Shown here piece after piece: positions 1-8,704 of a DNA stretch of 44,712 nucleotides (positions are counted from its first letter, which is position 1; every line of letters starts with the position of its first letter). The notes beneath the pieces were generated by a model, which searched no databases, was not told the origin of the DNA, and was given only the letters and a program-made list of their open reading frames with translations. A program made the position numbers and the translations under genes. The DNA is from Solirubrobacteraceae bacterium. GTDB taxonomy: Bacteria > Actinomycetota > Thermoleophilia > Solirubrobacterales > Solirubrobacteraceae. The DNA lies in the NCBI GenBank assembly GCA_036264565.1, contig DATAQR010000002.1:1-44712 (forward strand), written 5' to 3'.

Positions 1-396
1 CTGCGACTACGCCCTGGCGTCAGCGAGCGGTTGGCGGCTCAGGCCCAGCGTGCCGGTCTCGCTCCGCGCACCCTTGCCCAGCGCTACCTGGACGAGAGCC
101 TGCGTCGCGAGGATCATCCGCTGATCCGCTTTGCCGACGGCCCGAGCGGACGCAGGGCTGCTCTGGTCGGAAGAGGGCTTGATGTTTGGGAGGTGATCGA
201 GCTTGTTCGTGACAATGACAACGATGCCGACGAGGCAGCCGCCTACCTGGAGATCCCGGCTGGTTTGGTTCAGGCCGCAATCACCTACTACGGCGACTAT
301 CGCGATGAGATCAACGCCGAGATTGCGCTCAATCAGGCCGAGTCTGAGCGCGGATACGCTGCCTGGGAGGCGGGCAAGCAAGCGCTTGCTTCGTGA
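1..396 (+). CDS. DUF433-domain antitoxin with N-terminal RHH-like region (VapB45-like); probably 5'-truncated by the window edge
   Basis: Frame is open from base 1 (LRLRPGVSERLAAQA...). DUF433-like segment GRRAALVGRGLDVWEVI...AAAYLEIPAGLVQAAITYY. GTGA overlap with the downstream PIN gene. Confidence 0.8.
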   Translation: MRLRPGVSERLAAQAQRAGLAPRTLAQRYLDESLRREDHPLIRFADGPSGRRAALVGRGLDVWEVIELVRDNDNDADEAAAYLEIPAGLVQAAITYYGDYRDEINAEIALNQAESERGYAAWEAGKQALAS

Positions 397-755
397 AGGT
401 TCTACTGGATGAGCATTTCTCGCCGGCCGTAGCACGTCTGCTGCGCGAGCGTGGCTTGGACGCCGATGCTGTAGTAGCGCGTTCCGACCTTGCTGAGGCG
501 TCCGACCGCGAGGTTCTCGTTTGCGCGACCCGGGAAGGACGAGCGGTCGTCACCAACAATGTCAAGGACTTTCGCCCGATCGCGGCAGGGCGACTGGCGG
601 ACGGTCGAGGCCATGCCGGCTTGATTCTCGTACCCGGCCCCCGTCGTAGGCGACGAGGGGACACCGGCCGTCTTGCCGATGCGATCGGGGCCGTGATGGC
701 CGATCACCCTGGTGGCATTCCCGGCTCGGAGCGATGGGTCGCGCCGGAGCGCTGA
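393..755 (+). CDS. DUF5615/VapC45-like PIN-domain toxin
   Basis: MKVLLDEHFS...SDREVL...EGRAVVTNNVKDF, typical of the Mut7-C/PIN DUF5615 family; coupled to the DUF433 gene. Confidence 0.85.
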   Translation: MKVLLDEHFSPAVARLLRERGLDADAVVARSDLAEASDREVLVCATREGRAVVTNNVKDFRPIAAGRLADGRGHAGLILVPGPRRRRRGDTGRLADAIGAVMADHPGGIPGSERWVAPER

Positions 756-797
756 GATGCTCGGATCGAGCGCAGAACAGACTCGTTCAAGCGCTGC

Positions 798-2168
798 TCA
801 GGCGATCTCCTCCAACCGCCCGACGATCTCCGCCGCATAGCGTGTGAAATGCGCCGGGTCGAAGATCGCGTCGAGATCTAGACCCGCCGTGCGCTCGTCG
901 GCAGCGAGCAGGTCACGTAGCTGCGTGCCCTCGTCCCACGCGCGCTGCGCAAGCTCCTGGGCGATCCGGTAGGCGTCCTCGCGCGCCATTCCCCCGCGGC
1001 CGGTGTCGACGTCACCCTCGACCAGCGCCAGCAGCACGCGCTGCGAGTACAGCGCGCCATGCGTCGATTCGAGGTTCGCGCGCATCCTCGCTTCGTCCAC
1101 GACCAGTCCCTGCACGAGCGCGGTCGCCGAGCGCTGCATGTGGTCGATTAGGATCGTCGAGTCGGGCAGGATCACGCGCTCGACCGAGGAGTGGGAGATG
1201 TCGCGCTCGTGCCATAGCGCCACGTTCTCCAGGCCCGCCTGCGCGTTGCCACGCAGCACGCGCGCCAACCCCGTGAGCTGCTCGCTCTTGATCGGGTTGC
1301 GCTTGTGCGGCATCGCCGAGGAGCCCTTCTGGCCGGCGCGGAACGGCTCGCGCACCTCGCGCACCTCTGTGCGCTGCAGATGTCTGATCTCGGTAGCCAG
1401 CCGCTCCAGGCCTGCGCCTGCCAGCGCGATCGCCTGCAGCAGCTGTGCGTGACGGTCGCGGGCGACGACCTGGGTGGAGACGTCCTCGCGCCTGAGGCCC
1501 AGCCGCTCGAGCACGCGCCGCTCGAAGTCGGGGCTGGTCGCGGCGTAGGTGCCGACGGCGCCGGAGACCGCTCCCACCGCGACCTGCTGAAAGGCGGTTT
1601 CCAGGCGCAGTGCGTTGCGGTGCGCCTCGAAGGCCAAGCCGGCGAGCTTGATACCGAACGTCGTCGGCTCGGCCTGCACGCCGTGGGTGCGGCCGACGCA
1701 CAGAGTGTCTACGTGCTCGCGGGCCCTGTTCGCGAGCGCCTGAACGAGAGCATTTGCGCCCGGCACGACGATCTCCCCAGCTGAGCGCAGCTGCAGCGCC
1801 AACGCCGTGTCGAGCACATCCGAGGATGTCAGCCCGAAGTGAATCCAGCGTCCGGCCTCACCGGCGCTTGCCGACAGCACGTCCACGAACGCCGCCACGT
1901 CGTGGTCGGTGACTCGCTCGCGCTCGTTCACGGCCTCAACGGTGAAGGTCGCGGCGCGGATCGCCTCAAGCTCGGACGGTGTTGGGCCGTCGCCTTCGCT
2001 TGCCTGCCTGCGCCCTTCGGGGTGTGCCCCAGAGGGTGTTCCCTCCAGGGCGCCAAACAGCGCCGGCAACTCCTCGCACGCCGCCACCTCGACGCGGCGC
2101 CATGTCTCCATGCGCGCCTCGTCGGTCCACAGGGCGCCCAGCTCAGGACGTGTGTAGCGCGCGATCAC
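798..2168 (-). CDS. purB: Adenylosuccinate lyase
   Basis: MIARYTRP start, HFGLTSSD, GRTHG, GSSAMPHKRNP signature, LWHERDISHSSVER. Confidence 0.97.
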   Translation of the reverse strand: MIARYTRPELGALWTDEARMETWRRVEVAACEELPALFGALEGTPSGAHPEGRRQASEGDGPTPSELEAIRAATFTVEAVNERERVTDHDVAAFVDVLSASAGEAGRWIHFGLTSSDVLDTALALQLRSAGEIVVPGANALVQALANRAREHVDTLCVGRTHGVQAEPTTFGIKLAGLAFEAHRNALRLETAFQQVAVGAVSGAVGTYAATSPDFERRVLERLGLRREDVSTQVVARDRHAQLLQAIALAGAGLERLATEIRHLQRTEVREVREPFRAGQKGSSAMPHKRNPIKSEQLTGLARVLRGNAQAGLENVALWHERDISHSSVERVILPDSTILIDHMQRSATALVQGLVVDEARMRANLESTHGALYSQRVLLALVEGDVDTGRGGMAREDAYRIAQELAQRAWDEGTQLRDLLAADERTAGLDLDAIFDPAHFTRYAAEIVGRLEEIA

Positions 2169-2284
2169 CTCGATGATTATCGCCTCCGCTTAGACGTTAC
2201 GCGGCGTGGCGGCCCGTCCGCCGATCCGGTACAACGGTGACAGCGCGCCGCAGGAGCGCGAATGTCGCGAGGAACGGAGGAGCC

Positions 2285-2566
2285 ATGCCCACATACATCA
2301 TGCTCTCGACGTTGACGCCAGAGGGTGTGCAGACGGTCAAGAACAACCCGGAGCGCATCCGCGAGGTCAACAAGGAGGTTCAACAGCTCGGCGCCACCGT
2401 CAAGGCGCAGTGGGCGACACTCGGCGCGTTCGATTTCATCTCGGTGGTGGAGGCGCCCGACGAGAAGACGATGGCCCGCGTTTCGCTGGAGCTTGGATCG
2501 CGCGGAACCGGCCGTTACGAGACGCTGTCCGCAATAGGCATCGATGAGTTCATAGCCTCGCTGTGA
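2285..2566 (+). CDS. GYD domain-containing protein
   Basis: MPTYIMLSTLTPEG...WATLGAFDFISVVEAPD; GGAGGAG RBS just upstream of ATG 2285. Confidence 0.85.
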   Translation: MPTYIMLSTLTPEGVQTVKNNPERIREVNKEVQQLGATVKAQWATLGAFDFISVVEAPDEKTMARVSLELGSRGTGRYETLSAIGIDEFIASL

Positions 2567-2710
2567 GTAGCGTCTCGTCGCGCCTGGCGGCGTCGCCGCA
2601 AGCGGGTCGTGCTGGCCGGTTCGGGGATGCGAGCCGAAGGCGAGTGTCTCCCGGTTCGGCACTGTCCCCGCTTGCGCTCCTTGCCAGCCACGACGATCCA
2701 CTACTCACAG
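2561..2710. repeat. Long imperfect palindrome (REP/REPIN- or MITE-like) filling the GYD-purD intergenic space
   Basis: Nested inverted repeats: ctgtgagtag/ctactcacag, tcgtcg/cgacga, ctggc/gccag, cgcaagcggg/cccgcttgcg, with a central gccgaaggc hairpin. Confidence 0.7.
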
Positions 2711-2717
2711 GAGCTTT

Positions 2718-4049
2718 GTGATGAAGATCCTCGTTATTGGATCGGGCGGTCGCGAGCACGCGCTCGTACGCGCGCTCGCGCGCTCGCCCCAGCGCCCTGA
2801 GCTGCTGTGTGCGTCCGGGAACGCCGGGATAGCTGGCGACGCGCCGCTGCTCGACATAGCGGTGGACGACATCGAGGGTCTGGTGGCGGCAGTAGAGCGT
2901 GAGTCCGTCGATCTGACGGTGGTCGGGCCGGAGTTCCCGTTGGTGGCGGGGCTGGTCGATGCGCTCGCCGAGCGTGGGCACACGGCGTTCGGTCCGAGTG
3001 CGGCCGCAGCGCAGTTGGAGGGCTCGAAGGCGTACGCCAAGCAGGCGATGGTGCAGGCCGGGGTGCCGACCGCGCGCTGGCGACGCGTCGAGTCGGTCGA
3101 TCAGGGAATCGAGGCCGTGGCCGAGCTGGCCTCGCCCGGGGTGGTCGTCAAGGCCGACGGCCTCGCCGCCGGCAAGGGCGTGACGGTCGCGCAGGACGCC
3201 GAGCAGGCGCAGGCGGCGCTGAGGGAGATCTTCATCGACGGTCGCTTTGGCGTCGGCGCCAGTGCCGTGGTTGAGGAGCTGTTGGTCGGCGAGGAGCTGT
3301 CCCTGCTTGCGCTATGTGACGGTCTGCAAGCCGTGCCGATGGCGCCGGCGCGCGATTTCAAGCGCATCTACGACGGCGACGCCGGACCGAACACGGGCGG
3401 GATGGGCTCCTACTCCCCGGTCGCCGGGATCGACGCGGCCGCCATCAGCGAGATCGTCGCTCAGGTACATCAGCCGATCGTGGATCTGATGCGTGCACGC
3501 GGCATCCCTTTCCACGGCGTCCTCTACGCAGGCCTGATGCTGACCGCGGACGGCCCGAAGGTGCTCGAGTTCAACGTGCGTTTCGGTGACCCCGAGACCC
3601 AGGCTGTGCTGCCGCGTCTACGCAGCGACCTGGTCGAGCTGCTACTGGCGGCCTCGCGCCCAGGAGGGCTGGATGGCGTTGCGCTTGACTGGTCGGAGGA
3701 GTGGGCGGTCACCCTGGTGTTGGCGAGCGCCGGCTATCCCGCGTCATCTTCCATTGGCGATGAGATCCACGGGCTGGCCGACGTCCCGGCTGGGATCGAG
3801 CTAACTCACGCGGGCACCGCCGCTAGCAATACCCGGTCCGGGGCACGCGGCGGCGTGATCGTAACGGCCGGCGGGCGCGTGCTGAACATCACCGCGCTCG
3901 GTCCGAGCGCACGAGCCGCCCGCACGGCGGCGTATGCTGCCGCAAAAGCGATCTCGTTCGAGGGTATGCAGCTGCGGACCGATATTGCCGCCAACGCGGA
4001 GGCGGCCGGTGAGGCGGCGGTGTCCAGCCTCGGCGCGAGCCACGCCTGA
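2718..4049 (+). CDS. purD: Phosphoribosylamine--glycine ligase
   Basis: KILVIGSGGREHAL, KADGLAAGKGV, GPNTGGMG, EFNVRFGDPETQ. Confidence 0.97.
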   Translation: MMKILVIGSGGREHALVRALARSPQRPELLCASGNAGIAGDAPLLDIAVDDIEGLVAAVERESVDLTVVGPEFPLVAGLVDALAERGHTAFGPSAAAAQLEGSKAYAKQAMVQAGVPTARWRRVESVDQGIEAVAELASPGVVVKADGLAAGKGVTVAQDAEQAQAALREIFIDGRFGVGASAVVEELLVGEELSLLALCDGLQAVPMAPARDFKRIYDGDAGPNTGGMGSYSPVAGIDAAAISEIVAQVHQPIVDLMRARGIPFHGVLYAGLMLTADGPKVLEFNVRFGDPETQAVLPRLRSDLVELLLAASRPGGLDGVALDWSEEWAVTLVLASAGYPASSSIGDEIHGLADVPAGIELTHAGTAASNTRSGARGGVIVTAGGRVLNITALGPSARAARTAAYAAAKAISFEGMQLRTDIAANAEAAGEAAVSSLGASHA

Positions 4050-4063
4050 ACCGATCCAGAGCC

Positions 4064-4549
4064 ATGACCGACGCCGCCCCCACCCCGATCCGCACCGGCC
4101 TCGCCGAGGCTGAGGTGCAGGCACAGCTCGAGGAGTGGGATGTCGACGGGCCGCTCGTCGGCATCGTGATGGGCTCGGAGAGTGACATGGAGGCGATGGC
4201 GAAGGCCGCGGGCGTGCTGCGCGACCGCGGCATCCCGCACGAGCTGAAGGTGATGTCCGCTCACCGCGAACCGGACACGGTCGCCGACTACGCCAAGAGC
4301 GCGAAGTCGCGCGGCCTGCGCGTCGTGATCGCCGGCGCCGGCATCTCCGCCGGGCTCCCCGGCGCGGTTGCCGCGCATACCGATCTGCCGGTGATCGGCG
4401 TCCCCCTCTCGGGCCGTCTCACCGCCGCCGGTGGCCTCGACGCGATCCTCTCGATCGTGCAGATGCCCCCGGGTGTGCCGGTGGCGTGCGTGGGCCTTGA
4501 CAACGCCCGCAACGCCGCGATCTTGGCAGCGCAGATACTGGCCGCGTGA
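4064..4549 (+). CDS. purE: AIR carboxylase / N5-CAIR mutase
   Basis: VGIVMGSESD, SAHREP, LPVIGVP, SIVQMPPGVPVA. Confidence 0.95.
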   Translation: MTDAAPTPIRTGLAEAEVQAQLEEWDVDGPLVGIVMGSESDMEAMAKAAGVLRDRGIPHELKVMSAHREPDTVADYAKSAKSRGLRVVIAGAGISAGLPGAVAAHTDLPVIGVPLSGRLTAAGGLDAILSIVQMPPGVPVACVGLDNARNAAILAAQILAA

Positions 4550-5457
4550 CCGTGCTCGCCGACCTCCCTCTGATCGCGAGCGGGAAGGTCCGCGAGCTGT
4601 ATGACCTGAGCGACCGGCTGTTGATGGTCGCTAGCGATCGTATTTCCACCTACGACGCGGTGCACCCGACGCCGATCCCTGACAAGGGGAAGGTGTTGAC
4701 CGGGCTCTCGGCCTTCTGGTTCGAGCAGACGCAGGGGATCGTCGCTAACCACATGCTCTCGGCCACCGACGGCGTACCGGCCGAGGCTCGCGCGCGCGCA
4801 CTGGTCGTGCGCAAGCTGAAGATGCTGCCGGTCGAGTGCGTCGTGCGTGGTTACATCACCGGCTCGGGCTGGACGGACTACCAGGCCACCGGCAAGGTCT
4901 CAGGCATCGAGCTACCGGCCGGGCTGCGCGAGTCAGAGCAGCTGCCAAAGCCGATCTTCACCCCCTCGACCAAGGCCGAGGTCGGCCATGACGAGACGAT
5001 CGACTTCGAGCAAGCCGCCGAGCTGGTCGGTGATCGTGGGCTGATGGAACGCGTCCGCGACATCTCGATCTCGCTGTACTCGTTCGCGGCCGAGCACGCT
5101 CGCGGCCGCGGCGTGATCCTGGCCGACACCAAGTTCGAGCTGGGCCTCGACGAGGACGGCGAGCTGGTGCTCGGCGACGAGGTGTTGACGCCGGACTCCT
5201 CGCGCTACTGGCCGGTCGAGGGCTATCAGATCGGCCGCGGTCAGCCGAGCTTTGACAAGCAGTACGTGCGCGACTGGGCCGCCGGCAGCGGTTGGGACAA
5301 GAAGCCCCCCGCCCCCGAGATCCCCGACGATGTTGTCGCCGGCACGCACGCGCGCTACGTCGAGGCGTACGAGCTGATCACGGGCGAGCCGTTCAGCGCC
5401 TGGTTGGAGCGGACAGGCGCCGAGGCCGCCGTCGCCGAGGGCGACGGAGCGGCGTGA
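4546..5457 (+). CDS. purC: SAICAR synthetase
   Basis: SGKVRELY, SDRISTYD, ECVVRGY, ADTKFELG, DEVLTPDSSRYW, SFDKQYVR. Confidence 0.97.
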   Translation: MTVLADLPLIASGKVRELYDLSDRLLMVASDRISTYDAVHPTPIPDKGKVLTGLSAFWFEQTQGIVANHMLSATDGVPAEARARALVVRKLKMLPVECVVRGYITGSGWTDYQATGKVSGIELPAGLRESEQLPKPIFTPSTKAEVGHDETIDFEQAAELVGDRGLMERVRDISISLYSFAAEHARGRGVILADTKFELGLDEDGELVLGDEVLTPDSSRYWPVEGYQIGRGQPSFDKQYVRDWAAGSGWDKKPPAPEIPDDVVAGTHARYVEAYELITGEPFSAWLERTGAEAAVAEGDGAA

Positions 5458-5684
5458 GCGTGCGCGCGCGAGTGCTGATTCGCCCGAAGGCGGGCATCCT
5501 CGACCCCCAGGGCGAGGCGGTCATGCGGGCGCTGCCGGCGCTCGGGTTCGAGGGTGTCTCCGATGTGCACGTCGGGCGATTGGTGGAGCTGACCGTCGAC
5601 GACGCCAGCCAGATCGAGCCGATGTGCGAGAAGCTGCTTGCTAATCCGCTGGTGGAGGACTACGAGATAGTCCTCGACAGATGA
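5454..5684 (+). CDS. purS: FGAM synthase subunit PurS
   Basis: GTG overlaps the purC stop; PKAGILDPQG...CEKLLANPLVEDY. Confidence 0.93.
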   Translation: MSVRARVLIRPKAGILDPQGEAVMRALPALGFEGVSDVHVGRLVELTVDDASQIEPMCEKLLANPLVEDYEIVLDR

Positions 5685-6352
5685 AGTTCGGCGTACTCCA
5701 GTTTCCTGGCAGTTGCGATGACATGGATGCGCTGTACGCGGCGCGGAGGGTGGGCGACGCCGAGCTGCTGTGGCATCGCGACCGTGACCTGAAAGGGGCA
5801 GACGCGATCGTCGTGCCCGGCGGCTTCTCCTACGGGGATTATCTGCGTGCCGGGGCGATCGCGCGCTTCTCGCCGGTGATGGAGTCGGTGATCGCCTTCG
5901 CCCGGGAAGGGGGGCTTGTGCTTGGCATCTGCAATGGCTTTCAGGTGCTGTGCGAGGCGCAGCTGCTACCCGGAGCGCTGTTGCCGAACACGAACTTGCG
6001 CTTCACCTTTAGGCAGGTCGAACTGGATGTGATCGAGGGTGATACGGCGTTCACGAGCGCCTGCCAGGGTGCGCGCCTGAGCATCCCGGCCAAGCACTCC
6101 TGGGGTCGCTACTACGCCCACGAGCACACGCTCGCCGCGATGCGCGCGCACGGTCAGGTCGTCGTCCGCTACGCGCCCGGCGAGAACTTCAACGGCTCGG
6201 TCGATGACATCGCCGGCGTGTGCAACGAGCAGGGCAACGTGTTCGGCCTGATGCCTCATCCCGAGCATGCGGTCGACGAGCTGACCGGCTCTGCTGATGG
6301 CCTGTGCATCTTCGCCTCGATGCGCCTGGTGGTCGAGGGTGCGCGTGTCTAG
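5681..6352 (+). CDS. purQ: FGAM synthase glutaminase subunit
   Basis: FPGS, PGGFSYGDYLR, GICNGFQ, GLMPHPE catalytic triad motifs. Confidence 0.96.
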   Translation: MKFGVLQFPGSCDDMDALYAARRVGDAELLWHRDRDLKGADAIVVPGGFSYGDYLRAGAIARFSPVMESVIAFAREGGLVLGICNGFQVLCEAQLLPGALLPNTNLRFTFRQVELDVIEGDTAFTSACQGARLSIPAKHSWGRYYAHEHTLAAMRAHGQVVVRYAPGENFNGSVDDIAGVCNEQGNVFGLMPHPEHAVDELTGSADGLCIFASMRLVVEGARV

Positions 6353-8684
6353 CGCGACGTTGCCAAGCGTGCAGGACGCGCTCGCGCTTGGGCTTACCGA
6401 GGGCGAGTACGAGCTGATCTGTGAGATTCATGCCCACCCAACCCGCGCGCCAAACCAGGTTGAGCTGGCGATGTACTCGCTGCTTTGGAGCGAGCACTGT
6501 GCCTACAAGCACTCCAAGAAGCTGCTCGGCACCCTCCCGACTGAAGGCAAGTACGTGGTGATGGGCCCTGGCGAGAACGCCGGCGCCGTCGACATCGGCG
6601 ACGGGTTGGTGTGCGCCTTCAAGGTCGAGTCGCATAACCATCCGTCTGCCGTCGAGCCGTTTCAAGGCGCCGCCACGGGAGTTGGCGGCATCCTCCGTGA
6701 CATCTTTGCGATCGGCGCCCGTCCCATCGCGGTGCTCGACTCGCTGCGCTTTGGGGAGCCGACGAGCGCCCGCTCGCGCTACCTGCTCGACCGCGCGGTC
6801 GCCGGCATCGGCCACTACGGCAACTCGATCGGGGTGCCGACGATCGGCGGCGAGGTCTACTTCGAGGCGCCCTACGAGCAGAACTGCCTGGTAAACGCGA
6901 TGGCGCTCGGGATCGGCGAGTGCGACAAGCTCGTGCGCAGCGCCGCAGCCGGCATCGGCAACACGGTCGTTCTGTTCGGCGCCTCCACCGGCCGCGACGG
7001 CATCGGCGGCGCCTCGGTGCTGGCCTCCGCCGAGTTGGGCGAGGACGACGACAAGCGGCCCACCGTTCAGGTCGGCGATCCGTTCGAGGAGAAGAAGTTG
7101 ATGGAGTGCTCCTTGGAGTTGTTGGAGCGGGGCCTGATCGTCTCGCTGCAGGATCTCGGCGCGGCCGGCCTGACGTCTTCGGCCTCGGAGATGGCCGCCA
7201 AGGGCCAGGTCGGGATCGACATCGACGTCGCCAAGGTGCCGCTGCGCGAGGCCGACATGGAGCCGTTCGAGATCATGGTCAGCGAGTCCCAGGAGCGGAT
7301 GCTGTGCGTGGTGGAGCCAGCCAACGTCGAGCGGGTGCTGGCGCTGTGCGAGAGGTGGGAGATCGGTGGCGCCGCTATCGGCGCAGTCACCGATACGGGG
7401 CACATGCGCGTGTTCGACGACGGCGAGCTGGTCGGGGATATGCCGGTTCGGGCGCTGGTAGACGACTGTCCGCTTTATGACCTGCGGCCCGTAAAGCCGA
7501 CCAGCGCGCTATACCCGGCGCCGAAGGCGCCCCTCCCCCCAAAAAACGAGCCGCGCGAGATCCTGCTCGCCCTGTTGGCCAGTCCCAACATCGCCTCGCG
7601 TCGCCCTCTGTTCGAGCAGTACGACTCGGTGGTCCAGTCGCGCACGGTCCGCCGCCCCGAGCAGGCCGACGCGGCGGTGCTGGCGATCCGGCCGCTCGGG
7701 GAACGCGCCGCGGCGCCCTCCGAGGAGCCGGCGGGCGGGAGCACGGCGGGGGGCGCCGGTCCGATACCCGGGATCGCGGTGTCGATCGATTGCAACGGCC
7801 GGCGCGTTGCCGCCGATCCCTACACGGGCACGATCGCGGCGGCGCTGGAGTGCGCGTCCAACCTCGCCTGCGTCGGCGCCGAGCCGCTCGGCACGACCAA
7901 CAACCTCAACTTCGGCAACCCCGAGAAGCCGCACATCGCCTGGCAGCTGACCGAGTCGGTGCGCGGCCTCGGCGATGCCTGCCGGGCGCTTGCGGCGCCG
8001 ATCGTCGGCGGCAACGTCTCGCTGTATAACGAGGGCGCGAGCGCCGGCCCGATCTACCCGACACCAGTGATCGGCATGGTCGGTCGGCTGCCCGACGTGC
8101 GCCGCGCCGGCCGCACCGGTTTCGCGCGCGCGGGTGACGCGATCGCGCTGGTCGGTCCGTTCGCGCCGTCGCTGCCGGCCAGCGAGCTCGCCAAGCTGCG
8201 CGGCGAGCTGCTCCCCGACGGCCTGCCGCCGATCGACATCGACGCGGTTGTCGCCGCGCAGGCGGCGGTGCGAGATGCCGTGTGCGACGGAGCGCTCGCT
8301 AGCGCGCACGACATCGCCGAGGGGGGCCTTGCGGTCGCGCTGGCCGAGTGTTGTCTTGGCGGCGGCCTCGGGGCGCGCGTGCAACTTGAGGCGGGGATGT
8401 TTGGGGCTGCCGGCGCCGGCGCGACGGGACCGGCGGTGGACTGGAGCGAAGGCCTCTCGGCGACCGCGTCCACGCCCGCATTCGTGGACAGGCTGTTCGG
8501 CGAGTGCTCGGGCGCTTTTCTCGTCAGCGGCGAGGAGGCGGCGCTACGCGCGCTCGGAGAGCGCACCCGCGTCGAGCTAATCGGCACGGTGCAGGGCGAG
8601 TCGCTGATCCTCGGCGAGCTGATCGACGTGTCACTGGCTGCGCTAGCCGAGGCGCACAACGCATTGGCGGAGCTGTTCGCATGA
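6345..8684 (+). CDS. purL: FGAM synthase subunit PurL
   Basis: WSEHCAYK, KVESHNHPS, GAATGVGGILRD, QDLGAAGL, SESQERM, GGNVSLYN; start chosen at the GTG overlapping the purQ end. Confidence 0.96.
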   Translation: MSSATLPSVQDALALGLTEGEYELICEIHAHPTRAPNQVELAMYSLLWSEHCAYKHSKKLLGTLPTEGKYVVMGPGENAGAVDIGDGLVCAFKVESHNHPSAVEPFQGAATGVGGILRDIFAIGARPIAVLDSLRFGEPTSARSRYLLDRAVAGIGHYGNSIGVPTIGGEVYFEAPYEQNCLVNAMALGIGECDKLVRSAAAGIGNTVVLFGASTGRDGIGGASVLASAELGEDDDKRPTVQVGDPFEEKKLMECSLELLERGLIVSLQDLGAAGLTSSASEMAAKGQVGIDIDVAKVPLREADMEPFEIMVSESQERMLCVVEPANVERVLALCERWEIGGAAIGAVTDTGHMRVFDDGELVGDMPVRALVDDCPLYDLRPVKPTSALYPAPKAPLPPKNEPREILLALLASPNIASRRPLFEQYDSVVQSRTVRRPEQADAAVLAIRPLGERAAAPSEEPAGGSTAGGAGPIPGIAVSIDCNGRRVAADPYTGTIAAALECASNLACVGAEPLGTTNNLNFGNPEKPHIAWQLTESVRGLGDACRALAAPIVGGNVSLYNEGASAGPIYPTPVIGMVGRLPDVRRAGRTGFARAGDAIALVGPFAPSLPASELAKLRGELLPDGLPPIDIDAVVAAQAAVRDAVCDGALASAHDIAEGGLAVALAECCLGGGLGARVQLEAGMFGAAGAGATGPAVDWSEGLSATASTPAFVDRLFGECSGAFLVSGEEAALRALGERTRVELIGTVQGESLILGELIDVSLAALAEAHNALAELFA

Positions 8685-8704
8685 CTGCTAGCGTGAACTG
8701 AACG

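Noticed and set aside
2567-2717. ZTP (pfl) or purine riboswitch upstream of purD
   Set aside because: I could not find the consensus elements; the region is better explained as one long palindrome.
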